Shown: one piece after another, positions 62,716 through 64,000 of the stretch
Layout: every line of letters begins with the position of its first letter
How positions within the stretch are numbered: position 1 is the first letter of the stretch
DNA from: Cyanophora paradoxa CCMP329
Lineage: Eukaryota > Plantae > Glaucophyta
Assembly: GCA_004431415.1 (NCBI GenBank)
Contig: QPMI01000631.1
Span: 1-64,000, forward strand
Direction of reading: 5' to 3'
DNA: 64,000 bases
Made by a program: the position numbers and the translations under genes
The notes under the pieces: model-generated
What the model saw: the letters and a program-made list of their open reading frames with translations, nothing else
What the model was told of the DNA's origin: nothing
Databases searched by the model: none

Positions 62716-63859
62716 GTTGAGCGAACTTGCATGAAGTTGCATCATCAAGCGCGCACTGCGGATGCGAACTATCATAGTATTGATCATCGGATGCGCGCAC
62801 TGCGCTGCCTGCGCATGCCGGCTTCTAGTCGAAGTTCTAGATCTAGCTATAGATCTGCATGCGCAGCTGCGATGCCGCAGTGCGCATGCGCAGCGATGCG
62901 CTTGCTCTAGCTATAGAGTCTAGATCTACTAGCTAGCGCAAATCGATTTCGAATATAAATGCGCTGGGCCGGCCCGCGGCGCCGCGACGCCAATAAAATT
63001 GATCATGATCATGAGCTCCGATCGTGCGCGATCGCGAGCCTCGAAGATCTAGAGCAAATATGGCGCCGCGCGCTCCGCGCGTCAGACTCATGATCATCGA
63101 TCTCGAATCTCGATGATGACCTCAGTGATGATATTGCCGCGCGCGCCGTTACACTGCCGTATGTACATGTGCAGTGCGCGCAACGGCCCATGGCCAACCA
63201 TGGCCAACGTTGAACATTGAACCCAACTCTCTCGATCGCGAGCTCGCGATCGCGGACGTCACGGCGTCCGATCAACGCCCGCGGCCGAAGCACAGATCTA
63301 GAGTCGGATTCTAGACTCTGAGACACACGTGCACATATATCTCGAGCTCTCTCTTAAAATTAAGCTGGCGCCGGCGGCCCGACCCGGTGTGACCCGGCCC
63401 GGCCCGCGGCCGCGGCCGGCCGGTCCGGATCTTCAAGGCTTTAATAATAGGGAGGGGAGAAAGGAAGGGGATCGAGAGCCTTGATCATGATCATGAACTC
63501 TGAATCATGATCATAGATGCATATGACTCTGAACTATAGCTAGAGCTCGAGCGATTTTCGTGGCCGGAGAAGCGCTTTAATTTGCGATCAAATTCATGAT
63601 AATCATGAGTCAAGCTTTTAAGCTTAAGAGGAGAGCTCCAGGCTGCTAGCTGGAATCGCCTGATCATGATCGGTAAATCTCCGCCACCAGATGCATGTGC
63701 ATATGCGGCGGCGGCGTGGTGGCGCGCGCGGCGTGGTCGCGCCACCACGGGCCAAATTAAATCACGACATTCTCCCATGGCCATGCATATATCTGCGCAT
63801 GCGCGCGCGCGCGCGGCTGCGCGCGGGGCATGCGCACGTTGATACGATGATATTCATCC

Positions 63860-64000
63860 TCTCCGCGACCGCTGAATCGCCCGCACAGGAATTCGCGAGC
63901 ACGTACGCCTTGAGTGCCTTGCGGCGTCTGCGCGTCGCCGTGGGCTCATGACGCGCGCGCCGTCCGCAGGGCGCCTGTCGTGGTTATGTTCGCCGGCTTC
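63860..64000 (+). CDS. Start of an inverted paralogous copy of the Atg22-like gene (runs off the window)
   Basis: 63940-64000 is the reverse complement of ~61838-61898, and CAGGAATTCGCGAGCACGTACGCCT (~63887) mirrors ~61931-61955. Confidence 0.75.

Noticed and set aside
11931-64000. Hundreds of long Arg/Pro/Gly/Ala-rich ORFs in the six-frame track
   Set aside because: Expected from very high GC and scarce stop codons; real genes here are fragmented by short introns.

Overview
The window has two compositional zones. Bases 1 to ~11941 are the AT-rich right-hand part of an integrated Maverick/Polinton-like DNA virus or transposon. It encodes small basic ORFs, an AEP primase-PriCT2-SF3 helicase, a GIY-YIG nuclease, a protein-primed PolB with an apparently destroyed proofreading domain and an rve (DDE) integrase. 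It ends in a ~2 kb non-coding terminus built from layered repeats: ~185-bp repeats, two copies of an iteron/origin-like module that also lies directly behind the helicase gene, four ~32-bp palindromes and a perfect 29-bp-arm hairpin at the junction. Its coding DNA is almost free of CpG except in CGAA/TTCG. Many single-base frameshifts may be assembly errors. Bases ~11942-64000 are very GC-rich, intron-dense eukaryotic host DNA, probably a glaucophyte or red-lineage alga judging by an MAAGAFV plastid transit peptide. This part holds a host gene interrupted by the element, a 2TM-PAS adenylyl cyclase, a sensor-HAMP-PAS-adenylyl cyclase-phosphodiesterase fusion, a BTB-LRR protein, a Trk-type K+ transporter, malate dehydrogenase, CruP-like lycopene cyclase, an SSNA1/DIP13-like coiled coil and an Atg22-like MFS transporter with an inverted paralog. 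It also holds nested LINE 3'-end insertions with TSDs, an unclassified 2-kb insertion and MITE-like elements. Gene models were spliced by eye and boundaries are approximate. No database searches were run.
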